Shown piece by piece: positions 26,545 through 37,898 of a stretch of DNA of 64,000 bases. Position numbers and translations under genes: made by a program. This DNA is from Marsupella aquatica. Its lineage: Eukaryota > Plantae > Marchantiophyta. Each line of letters begins with the position of its first letter. The first letter of the stretch is position 1. The DNA is taken from positions 15,654,330 to 15,718,329 of the forward strand of contig OZ316898.1 of the NCBI GenBank assembly GCA_973895155.1, given 5' to 3'. The notes under the pieces were generated by a model, which had not been told where the DNA came from, did no database searches, and worked only from the letters and a program-made list of their open reading frames with translations.

Positions 26545-27152
26545 AGGCATCACCACCGAGACAGGAAACAGGAAAATAGGATTACTAGTACCAGCAAAAA
26601 GTTTCCTGTTACCAGGAAAATTTTACTATTATCAGTAAAAAACACGATCTTGTTGCAAACCATATACTCCAACAATGTAATGAATCTTATTCATGTGTCC
26701 AATATATATACATGAGGTAGTTGAGTTAGATCTTGGTTAGATCTTAACTCGGGTTAAGATATCTAATCCTAGTTAGGGTATAACACTCCCCCTTGGGTGT
26801 TATAGTTTTTGATGAAATTATAACAACCAATCTAAGTTGCTATCAGTTAGATATCTTCTACCTATGTTATATTGTGAGATGATGGAGGTGCAACCTCATT
26901 AAAACCTTCCCTACTAACATCATGGAAGGAAAGAGTATTGCCACCTTCCATCTCTTTTGTATGATCTATTTTGTATGTATGTAAGATCTAGAGTACAATA
27001 CTGGTTTAATTGTGTTTTCTATGTTGTTAAGCTCCATAGAGGTTGTTGTCTCCATTGTCTTCATTGTAGTGTATGTGAGTTATTGATGTTCTTGAGAATG
27101 TCTTGATCTCCTTTGTGGTAGTATTGATGGTTTGCTTCTTCATAGTAAGTAG

Positions 27153-30100
27153 TCATTCATCTTCAATAGTGTTGTTGTAGAAAAGTCCATTCTCCCCCTC
27201 AATGTTAGAATCCTGCATCAGTTTCTTAAGACTTCGCATCCCTAAGAGGTGAGTTAGTGTTCTATGAGTAGATGGGGGTAGAGATTTTGTTAGGATGTCA
27301 GCCAGGTTCTTGTCTCCTGAAATCCATTGTATGTCGATGTCTTTTCCTTGTTGTTCATGTGAGAAAAAGAACTTGGGTGCAATATGTTTTGTGCGTTCAC
27401 CTTTTATAAATCCTGATTCGATTTGAGTGATGCATGACATATTGTCTTCAAATATAGTTGTAGGCATGGTTAAGCGTTGTTTACCTGTTTGAATAAGAAT
27501 ATGGTCTAGTACTTGCCGTAGCCATAAACATTCTCTAGTAGCCTCATAAAGGGCAATAATTTCTGAATGATTTGAAGAAGTTGTTGCAAGTGTTTGCTTA
27601 GTACTTCTCCAAGATATTGGTGTTGATCCCATTAAGAATATATATCCTGTTTGAGATCTACCGTCATGTGGATCAGAAAGGTATCCGGCGTCAACATATC
27701 CTGTCAACTTATGGTTATCCTCGTTAGGAAAATATAGGCCGAGGTCGGATGTACCATTAAGGTATCTGAAAATCCGTTTTAGCCCGTTCCAATGTCTTAT
27801 AGTGGGTTGAGAACTATGTCTCGCCAGTAGGTTGACAGAAAATGCTATGTCTGGTCTTGTTTGATTAGATAAAAACATAAGAGCACCGATAGCCGAAAGG
27901 TATGGCATATCTGAACCTAATATAGGTTCGAATTCTTCTCTTTTTCTAAACATATCCTTATCCTTATCAAGGGTACGGATGTCCATGGGGGATTTAACAG
28001 GCTTCAACATATTCATTCTGAATTGTTGTAATATTTTCTTTGTGTAAGTAGTTTGGTGTAAAAGAATGCCTTTTTCCAAATGTTCAAATTGTAGTCCAAT
28101 GCAATAAGAAGTTCTGCCCATGTCTCTCATTTCAAATACGCTTTTTAGCGTTTGCATTGACTCATTCATCATCTTTTTCGTACCAAGGAGGTTGAGGTCA
28201 TCAACATATATAGCGATGATTATGAATTCAGGTCCTTCATGCTTTATAAATAAGCAAGGAGCTATTTCGGAATTCTTATATCCCATGGATATCATTTGAT
28301 TTTTAAATCTTTGGTACCATGTACGTCCACTCTGTTTGAGTCCATAAATGGAACTAAGGACTTGAACTGCATACCGAGTCTTTGCTCCGGTTGCCTTATG
28401 GTCCTTTCTAGGTTCTTGTAATGCAATTGCTTTAGAAGCATTGTGGAGTACCAATTTGTTCATATAGTCAAATGATTTTGCACTTTTATCATTGTGCATA
28501 TGTGGATTATGTTTTGAATTTGCATGGAAGTTTACTCTCTCAATGAGTTCAGGCGGGGCTTCCATATAAATCACGTTGTCCAGTTTACCATAAAGGTAAG
28601 CAGTAACAACGTCCATTTGGTGCATTAACAGGTTGTTGTTTATGGCAAATGCTATCAAATAGCGGTATGTGGTGACGTCCATGACCGGTGAGTATGTCAG
28701 GTCATAGTCAGTTCCATAAACTTGTGTGTAGCCTTTAGCAACCAGCCTAGCTTTATATCTTACTATTTCTCCATGTGAGTTTCGCTTTTTAACAAATGTC
28801 ATCCTATATCCCGTGAGGTGTTGGTCTGGGGAAGCTATTGTTATAGGTCCAAAGACTTTTCTAGATATCAAGGAGTCTAATTCGGAGTTCATGGCCTTTT
28901 GCCATTTGCTCCAATCTATTTGTTTTTGTGCTTCGGTCACTGATTTGGGATCTGGTAGGTTGTTAATATCATTTGCAACATGAAGAGCAAATGTGGGATC
29001 AGGGTTGATCATCATTCTATCTAATATGTGACCAGTGGAGTTATAGTTAATGGCTATCTCTGGTTGGGGTGGTGGCCTAGTATGGTTGGTTGGTGTAGGT
29101 GGTCTACGTTTGTTTCTAGGTTGTTTGTCAACTGCCCCTAGTGGTCTACCTCTTTTGAGTTGTGGGTGTGTGTCAGAGGATAGTCTCTGATCTTGTATGC
29201 GGGATGGTGTATTAGCCGCTGGTATATGGGATTTAGTTACGTTGGTAGCATCAGTAAATGAGTCGGGTAAGGACTCCATGATCTTGGTTAATTGAAGTAT
29301 CCTATTGACTTCTAGTTCAGTTTGGTTAGTTCGAGGATCTGGGCAAAGTGCCGGGGAAGCTTGCCATGTGAGTGTTTTGGTGTATGACTTATGTTTTCCC
29401 TCTTGCGTGTTAATGGTTGGGAAAATGTGTTCATAGAAATGGCAATCGCTAAAACGGGCTTTGAATATGTCAGTGGTTGTAGGTTCCATGTATCGTATGA
29501 TAGATGTTGAGTCAAATCCTACATAGATGCCTTTCCTCCGTTGTGGTCCCATTTTGGTTCTATTAGGACCTAGTATGGGGACGAGGACTTGGCATCCAAA
29601 TATTCTTAGGTGTGAGATGTTTGGTGGTTGCCCGAAAGCTAGGTGATAAGGTGTGTTGCTGTTAAAGGCTGATGGTCTATAAAGGAGTAGGGTTGCAGCA
29701 TGTAATACTGCATGGCCCCATGCTGATGTTGGGAGTGATGATTGCATTAATAGTGGTCTAGCAATCAGCTGTATGCGTTTAATAAGTGACTCCGCTAGTC
29801 CATTCTGGAAGTGGACATGAGGTACATTATGTTGGGAGTCAATGCCATTTATTGTGCAAAATTCGTCAAAGGTTCTAGAAGTGAATTCACCAGCTCCATC
29901 GGTTCTAAGGGTTGTAATTGGATTTTCAGGGAATTGTGACCTTAGTCTTAGGATGTGTGTAAGGATTCTTGGGAAGACTAGGTTTCGGGTTGATAATAAG
30001 GATACTCTGGACCACTTAGAACTGGCGTCTATCACTACCAAGAAGTATCGAAATGGTCCACTTGGTGGGTCTATTGGTCCACATACGTCCGCATGGAGTC

Positions 30101-30947
30101 TCTCAAGGAATGCGGGGATATGGTTTTCGGTTTTTGGGATGGAGGGGGCTGTAATCATCTTGCCCTGGGAGCAGGCGATGCATGGTTTTTGGAATGACCT
30201 TGGGTGACAGGTCTTTGGTATTCCTGTTGAGTTGTTGACTATCCTATGGAACATGCTGGTTCCTGGGTGTCCCAATCTCATGTGCCATGTCTCGGTGATA
30301 TCTTTGGTTTCTACCCCTAGGTTGTAACTTTGGTTTTGGGTGATGTAGAACCCTGAAGGGTGGGGAGAGATGGTTTCTCTAATGATTATCCCTCCTTCTG
30401 AGTGTGATGTTAGTTGCAATACTTCTTGTGAGTTTTGGGTGTTTGTTTGGATATGGTAGTTGTTGGCTCTAATATCTTGGAAACTTAAAAGGTTCCTTCT
30501 TGCTTTGGGGGCATATATGGCAGATGGGCATCTGATTATAGTGCCTCCCGGAAGAGTTAAGGTAGCTCTTCCGTGGCCTTCTTCTATTTGGCTTTCTCCG
30601 GTTATGGTGATGATTTGCCTTTGTGAGGGGATAATTTCGTGGAAATATTTTCTATCTCGGAGGATAGTGTGTGATGTTGCGCTGTCTATGATGCATACAT
30701 CTATATCCTCTAGGTCCATTGGGGGGTCTACCATATGAATTTCTGGTATAATCTCAGGTGATTCAAGGTAAACTCCATGGGTTTCATATTTTGATCCATC
30801 CAAACTTTGCTTGTAGAGTTTCACAAGATGGCTGGGGCATGGCATACCTTTTGGGTGTGACCTTTTGTACCGCACCTGAAGCATGTGATTGAGCTGTTTG
30901 AGTTGTTTCTTGGCTTCTCTTGGTAGTTGTTGCAGCCTCGTTTCCAT
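27153..30947 (-). CDS. Copia pol (protease, GAG-pre-integrase, integrase, RT, RNase H)
   Basis: DSATSH; WHMRLGHPG; LHADVCGP; RTDGAGEF; YKARLVAKG; QMDVVTAYL; YGLKQSGR; YVDD; IALYEATRE; LADILTK. Confidence 0.95.
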   Translation of the reverse strand: METRLQQLPREAKKQLKQLNHMLQVRYKRSHPKGMPCPSHLVKLYKQSLDGSKYETHGVYLESPEIIPEIHMVDPPMDLEDIDVCIIDSATSHTILRDRKYFHEIIPSQRQIITITGESQIEEGHGRATLTLPGGTIIRCPSAIYAPKARRNLLSFQDIRANNYHIQTNTQNSQEVLQLTSHSEGGIIIRETISPHPSGFYITQNQSYNLGVETKDITETWHMRLGHPGTSMFHRIVNNSTGIPKTCHPRSFQKPCIACSQGKMITAPSIPKTENHIPAFLERLHADVCGPIDPPSGPFRYFLVVIDASSKWSRVSLLSTRNLVFPRILTHILRLRSQFPENPITTLRTDGAGEFTSRTFDEFCTINGIDSQHNVPHVHFQNGLAESLIKRIQLIARPLLMQSSLPTSAWGHAVLHAATLLLYRPSAFNSNTPYHLAFGQPPNISHLRIFGCQVLVPILGPNRTKMGPQRRKGIYVGFDSTSIIRYMEPTTTDIFKARFSDCHFYEHIFPTINTQEGKHKSYTKTLTWQASPALCPDPRTNQTELEVNRILQLTKIMESLPDSFTDATNVTKSHIPAANTPSRIQDQRLSSDTHPQLKRGRPLGAVDKQPRNKRRPPTPTNHTRPPPQPEIAINYNSTGHILDRMMINPDPTFALHVANDINNLPDPKSVTEAQKQIDWSKWQKAMNSELDSLISRKVFGPITIASPDQHLTGYRMTFVKKRNSHGEIVRYKARLVAKGYTQVYGTDYDLTYSPVMDVTTYRYLIAFAINNNLLMHQMDVVTAYLYGKLDNVIYMEAPPELIERVNFHANSKHNPHMHNDKSAKSFDYMNKLVLHNASKAIALQEPRKDHKATGAKTRYAVQVLSSIYGLKQSGRTWYQRFKNQMISMGYKNSEIAPCLFIKHEGPEFIIIAIYVDDLNLLGTKKMMNESMQTLKSVFEMRDMGRTSYCIGLQFEHLEKGILLHQTTYTKKILQQFRMNMLKPVKSPMDIRTLDKDKDMFRKREEFEPILGSDMPYLSAIGALMFLSNQTRPDIAFSVNLLARHSSQPTIRHWNGLKRIFRYLNGTSDLGLYFPNEDNHKLTGYVDAGYLSDPHDGRSQTGYIFLMGSTPISWRSTKQTLATTSSNHSEIIALYEATRECLWLRQVLDHILIQTGKQRLTMPTTIFEDNMSCITQIESGFIKGERTKHIAPKFFFSHEQQGKDIDIQWISGDKNLADILTKSLPPSTHRTLTHLLGMRSLKKLMQDSNIEGENGLFYNNTIEDE

Positions 30948-31753
30948 GTGTTCCTTCCTTGGGAGTTGTTTCTTCCACGGCCCCTTCCTCGGTTGCTGAA
31001 TCTGCTGGATCCTCCTCTGTAGGAGTAGTTTGATCGTCCTCGCATCATTCCTCTTCCCCTATATGAGCCTCTCCCCCTGAATTTACTTGTATTTCTATCA
31101 TAAGGTGTGGTCATGTTAGCTTCTTTTTGTTTCTCGTTTATAATTAAGTTCGTCTCGGTGGTAGCAGGTATGGGGAGTGTACCCGGGGGTCTATCCTTTG
31201 CATTTGTCATGAGTAGGATTGAGTTTTGTTCTGCCAAGAGCATGTGTGCTATTAATGCTGAGTATTTAGTGAATGCCATATTTCTATACTGGTTTGAGAT
31301 TACTAAGTTTGTAGGGTGAAATGTTGCTAGTGTCTTTTCGATTTGTTGTTTATCATTCACTGGTTCACCGCACATTTGGAGTTCGTTCGAGATGCGGAAC
31401 ATCTCGCTGTTGTATAAGTCTACCGTTTTGAAATCTTGCACTCTTAAGGTTACCCATGCTTGTAGCGCGTTTGGTAAGTTTATAGTTGTTATGTGTTCAA
31501 ATCTCTCTTTCAATGCATTCCATAGGAGCCTTGGGTTGTATATCGTCTTGTATTGTTGTTTTAATGGTTCTACTAAGTGGTGTCTTAGTAGGACTAATGC
31601 TTGTGCCTTCTGGTATTGATCCACCCCAATATCCGTATGTATGGTTTCTGGGATCCTCTTTGCCGTGAGGTTGACCTCCACGTCTATTGTCCAATCATTG
31701 TAGTTCTTCCCGTCAATTCTCAGTGTTGGGAATAACAGTTTCTCCATTGCCAT
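30821..31753 (-). CDS. Copia gag
   Basis: GKNYNDW...LWNALKERF; RG-rich tract; zinc knuckle CFRCGTKGHTQKVC. Out of frame with pol. Confidence 0.9.
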   Translation of the reverse strand: MAMEKLLFPTLRIDGKNYNDWTIDVEVNLTAKRIPETIHTDIGVDQYQKAQALVLLRHHLVEPLKQQYKTIYNPRLLWNALKERFEHITTINLPNALQAWVTLRVQDFKTVDLYNSEMFRISNELQMCGEPVNDKQQIEKTLATFHPTNLVISNQYRNMAFTKYSALIAHMLLAEQNSILLMTNAKDRPPGTLPIPATTETNLIINEKQKEANMTTPYDRNTSKFRGRGSYRGRGMMRGRSNYSYRGGSSRFSNRGRGRGRNNSQGRNTWKRGCNNYQEKPRNNSNSSITCFRCGTKGHTQKVCHAPAIL

Positions 31754-33430
31754 CTTGGGGCTAATATGGGCTCGTGAGGTGTCGGGTGGGTATAAGTTTC
31801 TATTGTGCACTTATTGTGGTTTGTAATCGCTGGGAATGGAGTTTTGCACTTAGCTATTTTTGTGTGGTATTTCTTCGATGGTAGACTTGTCCTTATGGTC
31901 TCGGGCAGATCGTCTTCGTTTGCTCACGGGGAGGAGCTCCTCCTTTGATTCGTCTTCTCGGTCTCCCGGTTCTCTTTCTGATTCTTCCTAGTTTCGTTCT
32001 TATGGGTCTCCGTTCGAATCGTTCAATGGGGTCGATCGTTCTTACGCCGTCTTATCGTCTCTGGGTAATTCGTGAATCGTTTGCTGCTGTTCTGCTGGTC
32101 AATTGCTCAAGGCACCATTTTCCTTTTGATTGTTGTTCCGTGTTTCCTTCTTGTTTGTTTCGCTCGGGCCTGAGTGCAGATTGTGCTCCTGTCCTTATGA
32201 GTCCCCTTGCTTCCCTGTAGCTTTCTTTTGGTATCTACTTTTCTTCAGGTCTTGTCCCGGTATTGTTAGATTCTTTCTTCTTCGGTGGGGGGAATTGGGG
32301 ATCGCTGCTTTTCGTTTTCTTCAATATAGCGTTTCTGAATCTGGGGATTCGTGTGTTTCGATTTTGAGTAATTACGATCGGATCCTGGTCCGGGCCTCGA
32401 TTTTCTTCTTTTCCCTTCCAACGAGTTCCAGCTCTTGTTTATGGCTGAGGCTATTCTGCGTTCCTCTCCAGGTCCTGATCTTTGCTTTACCTTCTGGTTC
32501 GCGCTCCCTTCTATTGATTTCTCAATTTCTCTTATCTATTTTTCAATTTCTCGTGTTCGGGGTTACTCCCAGATCGGTCTCTCCTGCTCTGCTATCAATG
32601 TCTGTGTGACATCAGGTTTCAATCTGCGCTGGCCTGTCCTCCTTTGCTTTCTTTACTTCGTTTCTTTGATTACGACATTCCTTCTTGTCTGCTTCAATTT
32701 TGTCTTTCTCTCTTGTTTCCTTTCGTTTCAATTCATTTGCATTAGGCTGCGGCTGGCCCTTCGTGTTTCTGTTTTCCTTCTGTCTCTCAGGTCCTCTCCT
32801 ATTATGTTAGTGTCCTTTTAATTCTCGCCTTTTGCTCGCTGGCTCACGAGATCTCTCGATGGTGGTCTATCGTTCTCAAGCCATAGACAAACCGGGAGCC
32901 CATATTGTTCTACTCGAGGTTTCTATCGAGAAATGGCCCTCAAATGTGGCCGAAAGTGCTCAACTTTTGGGAAAAACTCTTCGGATCTCCCCTTATGGTT
33001 TAGCACCTCTTCGTGAAAAAAATTTGCATTCGTGCTGATAACGTGTTGCAAACCATATACTCCAACAATGTAATGAATCTTATTCATGTGTCCAATATAT
33101 ATACATGAGGTAGTTGAGTTAGATCTTAACTCGGGTTAAGATATCTAATCCTAGTTAGGGTATAACAGATCTAAAAATGTACCATTTAAAGTCTTATTTT
33201 TCAAAATAATTAAAATCATGAGTTTTTTTTGCGAGCGCCAAGCGCTGCTATTGTTAGCTCATTATTGCTAGCAATATGATGATGACAAACCAAAACAAAA
33301 ACAAAAAAATTCCCCCCAAAAAAATCCAAAAAAAAAATCCAAAAAATTTACCACCCACTTTCCTGTTACCAGTAACTGTTTCCTGTTACTGTTTCCTGTT
33401 TCCTGTCGTTTGTAAATACCCCCTTTGTTC

Positions 33431-33650
33431 AAATTTGCATTTTCCACACTTGCTCTTGTGAGGATTTCTACCGGCGAGATTCTCGGAAACATCCATATAT
33501 GCCTTGCAAACATTTGTATTGGATTTTCCTTACCGTTTTCAAACTAGACGTTGAGGAATCTACATTGACCAGTCAACCAATTCTCACTGTTGGAGAGGTT
33601 CGGCTCATATTAGAGAGGCAAAATGCTCATGGTTTATAGCATGAATCATG
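33431..33650 (+). pseudogene. C-terminal SWIM zinc finger of the Mutator-like transposase
   Basis: After the MITE TSD the sequence reads FVQICIFHTCSCEDF...YMPCKHLYWIF (CxC..CxH). Confidence 0.8.
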
Positions 33651-34250
33651 ATGATCTGGGTTGTCCTATCGGTCCAAATGGTTATATTGATTTTGTCGTA
33701 TGTCAATGGTATAGTGTTATTTATGTCGCGTCATGTTTTTGTTAGCGCCAAGCGCTGATAATTTTGTCGTTTAGGCTACACCGTCAAATATCATCATGTT
33801 GTGCTTGATGTTGTCAACGCCAACTATTTGTTTCCTTAAATTCCGGTAAGCTAGCGCCAGGCGCTAGTCAAGACGTTGTTCGCTTTTATTTTGGACCATA
33901 TAATACCATAAAGTTTTGTGTTGCATTCATTTTGTATTATTTTCATATATTTAGTTGCCGATTGTGGTGGGACCTACCATTTTTGTGCGCATTCCTTCAC
34001 ATTTTGATGTATGCACCCCCCCTTGTCTGTGTTGGGATATGAGGTTCAATTATTATGTGGTTCAGCGATTCATGACAAGGTATCCTTCCTAACCGCAATG
34101 GACTAACTCCAAATTTTACAATTCTAAACTCCTCATAGTGTGTTCTTTTCCCTGGTACAAGCTGTTTTTTCCTGGTAACAGCATAAGACAAACAGGAAAA
34201 GTATTTCCTGTTTGCCTGTTTCTTGTCTTGGTCGCTATACCCTATACATC

Positions 34251-34596
34251 CAGGAGTTGGAAGATCCTTTTACGCCAACATCCAGCTTGGGGAGTATATG
34301 CATTGCAGATGGACTTGGACCCAGATGAGGTCCTACGAAGGCCTTGGCATTGTAGGATGATTGATGGGGTCCCTGTGCGTTCAAATAACATAGCAAGGTA
34401 CATCAATAGTACACATGGTAGAGGGCGAGGAGTGCAACCTAATATAGAGTGGGCTCAGATTTTTGGTCCAGCCACTCCGCCTTATTATGTCACTCATATG
34501 GATGATCATGTGATGACAATAGCCATTAGGAATATTAGGGCAGGTGAGGAATTGTTTTGTGACTATGAGTGGAACACACCCAAGTTGGCTGTTTGA
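34251..34596 (+). pseudogene. CACTA-1 SET-domain exon, C-terminal part
   Basis: SNNIARYINST...AIRNIRAGEELFCDYEW: SET motifs III and IV. Confidence 0.85.
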
Positions 34597-35283
34597 TCTG
34601 GCCCTAGTTAGTATACATATATATATGTATTCCCCATTTTCTGAGTAATATATCAAGAAAAATGTGTATTTTTGGACAACCCCATGAGCTAATTAACTCA
34701 AGCTTATATATATGTTTTATGTGTTGTATGATAGAATGCATATGTTGAGCCAGATGTTGGGGTATTACCACGAGCTATGCGGCAACACCTGTTGAGGCCA
34801 TGGAGGATTGGCAACAGGCCTCCCTCCCACCAAATGGCGATCCGGATGTCCCACACCAAGTACCAGATGCCTCCCAAGCAAGAGTTGATGAAGATAGGGC
34901 CATGGATGAGTTGATGCACCAATTCTATGACAATGTTCATGAGGAGGCTGATTGGGAGAACACTACAGAGGTCCCTCCTCCACGTCAACAAGGTCAGCGG
35001 AGTTCATCCTCCAAACAATGGGAGGAAGCTCGACAACATGCTCAAACTCGGATATATGATGGGTCAAGTTTGTCTCGTCTTTCAACAATAATGTTGTTGT
35101 TGAACTTGCAGCAAATACATGGAGCAAGCAACCTACTTCGCAATGATCTGTTTTGTTCATTGCATGATCTGGTGTTGCCAGAAGGAAACAACTTGCCAAA
35201 CTCTTGGAAAGAGGCTAAAAAGGTGTTGAAATCCATAGGCCTCAATATGAAGTCATACATGTTTGTGTGAATGATTGTGTTCT

Positions 35284-37898
35284 TGTCACGCGATTGACAT
35301 GGGTCTTAACACCAAAAATGTCACTATGGGTGCCAAAACCATCTCCTTGTACCTGAGGATCACGAAGGGATGTTGTGAAGGCCGGTAAACACCAGTTTAT
35401 GCCCTTAACACCAAACTATCATAGCAAGACTCTGTCACACATCACCCAAGCTCAATCCCTAGGAACCAAGGTTGGGAATCAGATCCTGTGCTCATGGTAG
35501 TTCTAGTGAGAAGGGGTCTTCATATTGGGCCCGTACACATAGGGCCCTAGCGCTACGGTGCACATATGTCTATACGTATGCTTATTGTCATAGCTATATT
35601 TCTATTCCGCCGCCGGAATGTACCCATAAACCAATGACTCCTGACTGATTCTCGGCTTATGGACTTCTAAGCCATTGCCCCACCACTCTACCATTCCACT
35701 CTCAGCAATCAGAGCTGTGACAGCCCTCACCCAACCCACTTCAATGCACTTCAGTACACCTCTCAGTGGCGCTGCTAGTCCCATCATACACTCAGATTGC
35801 CTCACACTCACACACATCCATGAGAAAAATGAGGCCTGAGAGGAAAACTTAATTAGATTCAAAGATGTGCACAATAGTTCATTGAGAATACTTGATCCGA
35901 ACAATATAGGCCCGAAGGTTGTCTCCTCCAGATTGCGACGTGCTTGCCTTGCAAGCCTCGTGCTTGCCATGCAAGCTCAATCCTGAACCTGAGCCCGGCT
36001 CACTCCAGATTGCGATGGCAGATTGGACTCGAACCAATCCCGTACTTGCCTTGCAAACTCAATCCTGAACTCAACCTCCTTCACTGCACTTCATTCTTGG
36101 GGACACGTACAGATCTCACACCTCCATTTCAGAATGTCAAGTTACGCATGCACAGTTGACTCGACTTCAAAGTTGGTACCAGGCCTAACGGCGATCTACC
36201 CCAGACTATAATGAGGCCCGGCCTCATGCTTGCCCTGCAAGCTCAGCCCTGGCCATAAATCCCTTAGTGCTCTCTACCAGACAAAGGCCGAGACTCCCCA
36301 TGGATCACGTAGCCTTGCCAGACTGAATTGTAAATGTTCCTCCTGTTGCCCCTCAATCAGTGTCTCAGCCTTCCTAATGTGCTCACCGCAAATTGAATTG
36401 AAATCCTCCCCACAGTTTACAATCACCAACACATCACCTATCACCAAGGCTCTGTATCGGGGGAAAAGAACCCAGTTGTGTTGCCTACTAGAAAGAGCCA
36501 CAATCTAGCTTGCAAACCTGGCCAACTGTTGCTGTGAAGCATGGCTGATTACTCCTTGAGTAATAGCACAACCAAGCTCTCCCCAGCACACAGTTTCCAA
36601 GCCCAGCCTTCCTTGCACAGAGCTCCTCCCTGTTGCTCAGTCTACGTTGAGATCACACATTCAACTGAAGTCCCCCCCCCCCCCTACCGGGGGGGGGCTG
36701 CTCTATATACTCTCATACTAAGCCCAAATGGGTGGATACTACGCTGCTGGAGCCCCATCCCAGTCTTAACAGAGCCGCCACTATCTCTAACTACTGAACC
36801 CTAACTCACAATTTTATTTCTATCTCGAATTGACTATGTACTTCGGATTTGGCCCTCCTCCATGGTTTTTGCGAGTTTGCGCCTCCTCTCCCGATTTCTC
36901 TATTCAACCATTTGTTGCGTGGATAGCAGCGTTGGAAGCGGCTTGAGCTCCTCTTTCCAACGAGGTCAATTATAGCCAATTTGGTCAAATACATAGAAAA
37001 TTATGCCCCCGTAACCGAGAGGGGGTACTCACCACTACGTTAACCCGAGTTACATAGCTAATCCGAGTTTGGCTAACCTAGCTATCCTATCTAACCCGAC
37101 TAGAGCTAACCCGTGGTCTCGGGTTAGGCCGCTACCCGCTATCCGCTAACCTAGGCTAAGCTGAGCCCGAACCCGAGCTTAGGCTAACCAAAGTTCTGTC
37201 TAACCCGGGCTCAATCTAACCCGGGTTTGGGTTAAGCCTAAGCTGAAGCCGTGTTAACCTGAGCTAAGCTGAAGCCGTGCTGACCTGAGCTAAGCTGAAG
37301 CCGTGCTGACCTAAGCTAAGCTGAAGCCGTGCTGACCTGAGCTAAGCTGAATCTGAGCTCACATAAGATAAGCCGTGGCCTCAGCTTAGGGTAACCCGAA
37401 ACCGAAACCGAATCTGCTCATTCTGGCCACAAGTTAACCCGTTACACTATTCAGGCTGTATCTTTCTTAATACACCTCCATTTCTCAAGTGTTTTATATC
37501 GATTTTACTCGCCTTGACCAGATCTTTCCAATGCTCTTTACAAATCTGGATTTGGTGACGTATTGAAAGAGATATGGTCGCCGACCACCTGCAACATAGC
37601 TTTTATTTCCCTAACTTTCTAAGACTAGACTATGAACCAGTAACCCAAATAACAAAATGAAGCTACACACCCAAAGACATTCAGATTTTATCATGAGAAC
37701 AATCACCATACCACACAGCTTCATATTCAGCTATGGAGACTCACTTCCTTGAATTACCACGTCTACCTCCGTAACGGCGTCTTGAAGAGCCTTCATGCTC
37801 CATCTTGCTAATTGTTATGCAATATCAATAGCTACTCCTTGCATACAACAGCTTAGTTAATCAGATTATAGAGTAAGGACCATGTCATCAGCGTCACA
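35284..37898. mobile_element. 2.6-kb solo LTR
   Basis: TGTCACGC...GCGTCACA termini, 5-bp TSD gttct (35279-35283 and 37899-37903), no coding domains. Confidence 0.85.
37238..37352 (+). repeat. 26-bp tandem repeat inside the solo LTR
   Basis: ctaagctgaagccgtgctgacctgag, ~4.5 copies, within a TAACCC/GGGTTA-rich block (37040-37440). Confidence 0.85.

Larger units (their letters stand above)
26651..33167 (-). mobile_element. Full-length Ty1/Copia retrotransposon, Bianca-type
   Basis: LTRs 26651-26785 and 33044-33167 (TG..CA). TSD gatct. PBS CGTTATCAGCACG (33031-33043). PPT at 26786. Protease CIIDSATSHTILR. Confidence 0.95.
26545..33422. mobile_element. ~355-bp MITE of the same Mutator-like family, carrying the Copia insertion
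   Basis: 8-bp TSD ctttgttc (26537-26544 and 33423-33430). Ends AGGCATCACCACCGAGACAGGAAACAGG and CCTGTCGTTTGTAAATACCCC. Confidence 0.9.
16404..33866. promoter_or_regulatory. Dispersed 15-bp palindrome TAGCGCCWGGCGCTA (~19 copies)
   Basis: Copies, some degenerate, start at 16404, 16456, 16516, 16789, 17599, 17743, 18884, 19672, 19743, 21152, 22312, 22466, 22611, 22675, 25068, 25181, 33233, 33743 and 33852. A decayed copy lies at 11621 in the MITE. Confidence 0.85.
16247..34242. mobile_element. Mutator-like DNA transposon, ~11 kb excluding nested inserts
   Basis: 8-bp TSD tatacatc (16239-16246 and 34243-34250) splitting the SET ORF. Ends GAGGTGTTTACAAA... and ...GTCGCTATACCC. Plus-strand MULE-type transposase with SWIM domain and a divergent minus-strand gene. 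Confidence 0.85.

Noticed and set aside
31945-32821. Hydrophobic plus-strand ORFs resembling membrane or env proteins
   Set aside because: They are antisense translations of the purine-rich Copia leader, a compositional artefact.
37040-37240. TAACCC-rich block as interstitial telomere
   Set aside because: The motifs are dispersed, in both orientations and inside a solo LTR, not tandem telomeric repeats.
37238-37352. Regular repeats as a CRISPR-like array (also 12177-12345 and 50031-50296)
   Set aside because: These are head-to-tail units or short palindromes inside eukaryotic TEs, with no repeat-spacer architecture and no cas genes.
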